A stretch of 64,000 bases of DNA from a virus (Duplodnaviria > Caudoviricetes), in the IMG/VR virus record IMGVR_UViG_3300032030_002018. One strand, given 5' to 3'. Every line of letters starts with the position of its first letter. Position 1 is the first letter of the stretch. Below the pieces are notes generated by a model. The model was not told the origin of the DNA. It did not search any database and worked only from the letters and a program-made list of their open reading frames with translations. The translations under genes were made by a program, and so were the position numbers. Positions 60,936-64,000 of the stretch are shown in pieces.

Positions 60936-61282
60936 TTCTTATCCAAAACTTTTTTACTAACCCAATTCATATACTCATCCCTGAAATCCATAACAGCGGC
61001 AAACTTACAATATACATTGTCCAACGTAATACCATACTCATCCATCAAACGACTGACCAACTCCAATAAAGCACAACGCTGCTCAACTGTCCTGGTGTCA
61101 CAAACAGTCTTGCCATCAATACCAATACCACCAACATAACATACGCTGATTCTATTACCAATAACATTACTGCAAGAACGAACAACACCATCACGATGTA
61201 TTATGTAATCAAATAAACACCTCTCATTATCCATAATATCATCACCATACGAACAATCAAGGACAATCTCTCTTACATTCAT
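60932..61282 (-). CDS. Degenerate T7-lysozyme-type amidase homolog
   Basis: YII.RDG, ISVCYVGG...DTRTVEQ..AL..LV..L retained; Zn-ligand motifs HC, GH and CP missing. Confidence 0.65.
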   Translation of the reverse strand: MNVREIVLDCSYGDDIMDNERCLFDYIIHRDGVVRSCSNVIGNRISVCYVGGIGIDGKTVCDTRTVEQRCALLELVSRLMDEYGITLDNVYCKFAAVMDFRDEYMNWVSKKVLDKK

Positions 61283-61407
61283 ATTTTTTTTTCACTTTTA
61301 TAAATAAATATACCGAAAAATAAGAATGTAACAAAAATATTTCAACCAAATATCAGTATTTTTAACCATTTTCTAATATTTATTATTATAAACTAAATAT
61401 TACATAT

Positions 61408-62013
61408 ATGAAAAGAAAAATTAGACTAACAGAATCTGACCTTCACAGAATCGTGAATGAGTCAGTGAAGAGCATATTAACCGAACTTGATTGGAGAACA
61501 GTAGTGAGTGCCGCTAATAAGGCACGTGCCAAATTTAAAGATATGGTAGTTGACCGTGCAATGGGACAACTTGACCCTTATGGCAAATATAGTAAATTAA
61601 CTGGACAATACGGACCACATAGTGATTATGTAATTAAAAGAAGTTGGAAAAGTCCTAAAGGTTCAACTCGTTGGGTTAACAAAGATGACGAAATACGAAG
61701 AAAGATGAGGCAAGCAGATAATCTTTCTAAATTTGCCGACGAAGCAATTAAAGATAGATTCGGTAAAGAATCATATTACAACAATTTAAATGGAGTCGGA
61801 GAAGAATTCCCAGTATATAGAAAAACGCGTAATAACAGAGAAATGGATGAACCAGAAGTTTTGGACTACACCCCAAACAATGATTATGTAAATGGAGAAT
61901 ACGGTGATTATGAATTAGACAGTATGCCACAAAAATACCAAGATAATGCCAAGGAAATTAATGATTTCCAAAACGGGAAAACAAAATATCTTAAAGGAAG
62001 AGGATGGAAATAA
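61408..62013 (+). CDS. Tag-family protein
   Basis: MKRKIRLTESDLHRIVNESVKSILTE plus unique cargo. Confidence 0.85.
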   Translation: MKRKIRLTESDLHRIVNESVKSILTELDWRTVVSAANKARAKFKDMVVDRAMGQLDPYGKYSKLTGQYGPHSDYVIKRSWKSPKGSTRWVNKDDEIRRKMRQADNLSKFADEAIKDRFGKESYYNNLNGVGEEFPVYRKTRNNREMDEPEVLDYTPNNDYVNGEYGDYELDSMPQKYQDNAKEINDFQNGKTKYLKGRGWK

Positions 62014-62058
62014 AACATTAATAATGTCAACTATGTACGAGTTGACACGAAATAATTG

Positions 62059-62089
62059 AAAAATGCAGCCATATCTGACTGCATTTTTT
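62059..62089. terminator. Terminator hairpin (ATGAGCAG-family variant)
   Basis: aaaaatgcagcc-atatct-gactgcatttttt. Confidence 0.7.
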
Positions 62090-62117
62090 GTTTTTCCATA
62101 TTAATAGACATTTTGTG

Positions 62118-62148
62118 CAAATATATGTATTTTTTTCTTTTAATCAAA
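62118..62148 (-). promoter_or_regulatory. Bacteroidota-type promoter with no substantial gene downstream
   Basis: Minus strand TTTG-N19-TATATTTG. Confidence 0.55.
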
Positions 62149-62177
62149 CTATTTTTTAACAAACCATATAGATATAC

Positions 62178-62211
62178 AAAAATGAGCAGCCAATAACGGT
62201 TGCTCATTTTT
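62178..62211 (-). terminator. Terminator, ATGAGCAG family, downstream of tnpB
   Basis: aaaaatgagcagcc-aataac-ggttgctcattttt. Confidence 0.75.
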
Positions 62212-62301
62212 TTCTCCTTATAATATATCTGTCATATCCCCTCTTACCATTCAAAGTCAAACGCTTCTTGTCAATAATGTCAAACTGATTCCTGTTCAAT
62301 A

Positions 62302-62450
62302 CCGTATATAAAATTCTAATCAAATCTATGATTCCACTACATTTTATTTCTTGTTTCAACCTATCACTACTCTTTAGGTGGTAAACCACGTTCATCCATA
62401 GGTGGATAGTCCACAAGCGTAAATTCGGTGCTACGGACACCTATTATTCT
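62302..62450 (-). ncRNA. Predicted TnpB omega-RNA scaffold overlapping the tnpB 3' end
   Basis: ggtgtccgtagcacc hairpin and following structured segment, ending ...TATATACGG; boundary inferred. Confidence 0.55.
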
Positions 62451-63572
62451 TTCGCCTTCCATTAGTATATTAATTGCTGCATTCAAATCCCTATCGTGAT
62501 GCTCTCCACATACTGGACAAGTCCACTCTCTGTCATTCAGTGTCAACTCCTTATTCACATAACCACACTTATGACAAGTCTTTGAACTTGGGTAAAACCT
62601 ACCAACAAATACAACTTCCTTGTAGTTGTTCCTTGCCTTGTCTTCAAGTATCTGTTTGAACTTATAGAAGCCAACCTCTTGTATTGCCTTCGCTAACTTA
62701 TGATTCTTAATCATTCCTTGAACATTCAAGTCTTCCATAAACACTGTATCATAATAAGTCAACAACTCGTTTATTACACTGTGTATGTAAGCATCCTTTT
62801 GATTGGTAAGTTTTTCAAACGCCTTTGCTACCTTAACACGTTGTTTGTTCCTGTTATTAGAGTCTTTCTGCTTCTTTGATAGTTGTCTTTGCAACTTTGC
62901 TATTTTATTCTCTTGTGATTTGAAGAAATGTTTGTTTTCAAAAACCTCACCGTCACTTGTAATCACAAAGTCCTTAACTCCAAGGTCAATGCCAACGTGT
63001 TCATTCGTCTGTCCAAATCTTACTATTTCTTCTTGAGGTAACTCTATAAGGATAGATAGGAAATAGTTACCACTCTTGGTTTTCGATAAGGTAGCACTCC
63101 TTATTCCTTCCTTATATGTTTGTAACCTCTTAAAGTATAAGTCAGAACATCTGAATCTAATATCCTTTAAAGGTTGTGTTAATGTTATCTTTCTCTCATT
63201 GAACTTATTACCTTTTGATATTGCTTCCAATGGGAACAATGCTGATTGTTTGTTCTTCTTTGACTTGAACTTTGGAAATCCGTTATGTTGTTTGAAGAAC
63301 TTGTCATAGGCTGAAAGCATCTGCCTTATTGACTGCTTCATTACCTTTGTGTTCTGTTCTTTCAACCATTCGTATTGTTCATCTTTCAGCAATGTTCCGT
63401 GAAAGTATTTTGATAGGTCTGTAAGTCCTAATGATTTCTTATTATCGTTATATTCTTTTTGTTTGAGAGCAAGCATTTGGTTATAGACAAATCGGTAGCA
63501 ACCCAAAACCTTATTGAGTTTCAGTTCTTGTTCCTTGTTTGGATATAACCTTATCTTTATTGCTCTTAACAT
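62367..63572 (-). CDS. tnpB: TnpB RNA-guided endonuclease (no tnpA in window)
   Basis: KIRLYP N-terminus; RuvC GIDLG / MEDL / DRDLNAA intact; CxxC...CPVC zinc finger. Confidence 0.93.
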   Translation of the reverse strand: MLRAIKIRLYPNKEQELKLNKVLGCYRFVYNQMLALKQKEYNDNKKSLGLTDLSKYFHGTLLKDEQYEWLKEQNTKVMKQSIRQMLSAYDKFFKQHNGFPKFKSKKNKQSALFPLEAISKGNKFNERKITLTQPLKDIRFRCSDLYFKRLQTYKEGIRSATLSKTKSGNYFLSILIELPQEEIVRFGQTNEHVGIDLGVKDFVITSDGEVFENKHFFKSQENKIAKLQRQLSKKQKDSNNRNKQRVKVAKAFEKLTNQKDAYIHSVINELLTYYDTVFMEDLNVQGMIKNHKLAKAIQEVGFYKFKQILEDKARNNYKEVVFVGRFYPSSKTCHKCGYVNKELTLNDREWTCPVCGEHHDRDLNAAINILMEGERIIGVRSTEFTLVDYPPMDERGLPPKE

Positions 63573-63574
63573 AT

Positions 63575-63790
63575 TTATTTAAATTTAAAAATAAAACCTT
63601 TTGTTTGTTTAATTTTTTCTAAACAATTCATTGAAATTAATCTAAAATCAACATTTGTTGCTTTGCTTGCTTCTCGTGCATTTTTATATTCACCAATGTA
63701 AATATTGTCAATATTAAAAACGATTATTTCTTTTTCAGAACTTATTTTTTTCCATTTGCATTCTTCAGCAATTTTTTCAAATACATTCAT
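63575..63790 (-). CDS. Stand-alone NUMOD1-like DNA-binding domain
   Basis: IGEYKNAREASKAT...ISMNC...TKGFIFKFK. Confidence 0.6.
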   Translation of the reverse strand: MNVFEKIAEECKWKKISSEKEIIVFNIDNIYIGEYKNAREASKATNVDFRLISMNCLEKIKQTKGFIFKFK

Positions 63791-63805
63791 ATATATATCC
63801 AAAAA

Positions 63806-64000
63806 TCATTTCCTATATTTGTCAGAACCGGCATTCAATAAATAAGAACCACCCAAACGATAAACATTACCATTAATCCTTACATAAGATACCTCAACAA
63901 CAGCATCCGAATTCATCCTCACCTCAGTCTCATCCTTCATACCATAAGAATTCAAATATATCGTCTCAACCCAATCAATACTGTCAGGATGAACATAACC
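63806..64000 (-). CDS. Partial CDS (5' end outside window), hypothetical
   Basis: Open frame GYVHPDSIDWVETIYLN...SDKYRK* ending at TGA 63806. Confidence 0.6.
   Translation of the reverse strand, partial: GYVHPDSIDWVETIYLNSYGMKDETEVRMNSDAVVEVSYVRINGNVYRLGGSYLLNAGSDKYRK

Noticed and set aside
62204-63806. IStron (group I intron plus TnpB)
   Set aside because: There is no room for an intron core or a 5' exon between tnpB and the upstream genes within the window.
1-64000. TAG recoding (code 15) as in Lak-type megaphages
   Set aside because: Capsid, portal, terminase and a 1207-aa gene are uninterrupted in the standard code, and there is no gene fragmentation.
1-64000. tRNA or rRNA genes
   Set aside because: No cloverleaf or T-loop pattern is seen in the short intergenic regions.

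Overview
This 64-kb window is AT-rich, densely coding, and comes from a large T4-like (jumbo) tailed phage. Bacteroidota is the likely host: there are five exact TTTG-N19/20-TAnnTTTG promoters, no Shine-Dalgarno sites, BspA-type LRR proteins and a unimolecular spanin. It uses the standard genetic code. It contains a tail-fibre block (1.3-16 kb), portal and terminase, acidic scaffold-like proteins, a gp23-like major capsid protein, an intein-containing gp21-like prohead protease, thyA, a ClpC-like ATPase, two homing-endonuclease-like genes, a lysis cassette and a TnpB. The main unexplained structure is a dispersed family of at least 10 genes, plus about 10 looser ones, that share a ~26-aa tag (MKRRIRLTESDLHRIVNxSVKRxLxE) fused to unrelated cargo domains. 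The genes sit in promoter-tag-cargo-terminator cassettes, some in tandem arrays, with one empty cassette and one switched off by an A10 tract. The tag carries L-x-E sites like those cut by T4 gp21, so I infer a modular capsid-targeting and protein-injection system. Candidate payloads include an ADP-ribosyltransferase-like, an ArdC-like, a nucleotidyltransferase and WG-repeat polyproteins. Other oddities are a non-canonical intein end, a candidate +1 frameshift, an orphan TnpB omega-RNA, a degenerate amidase and a TATTTAT late-promoter motif. All family assignments come from motif recognition by eye; no searches were run.
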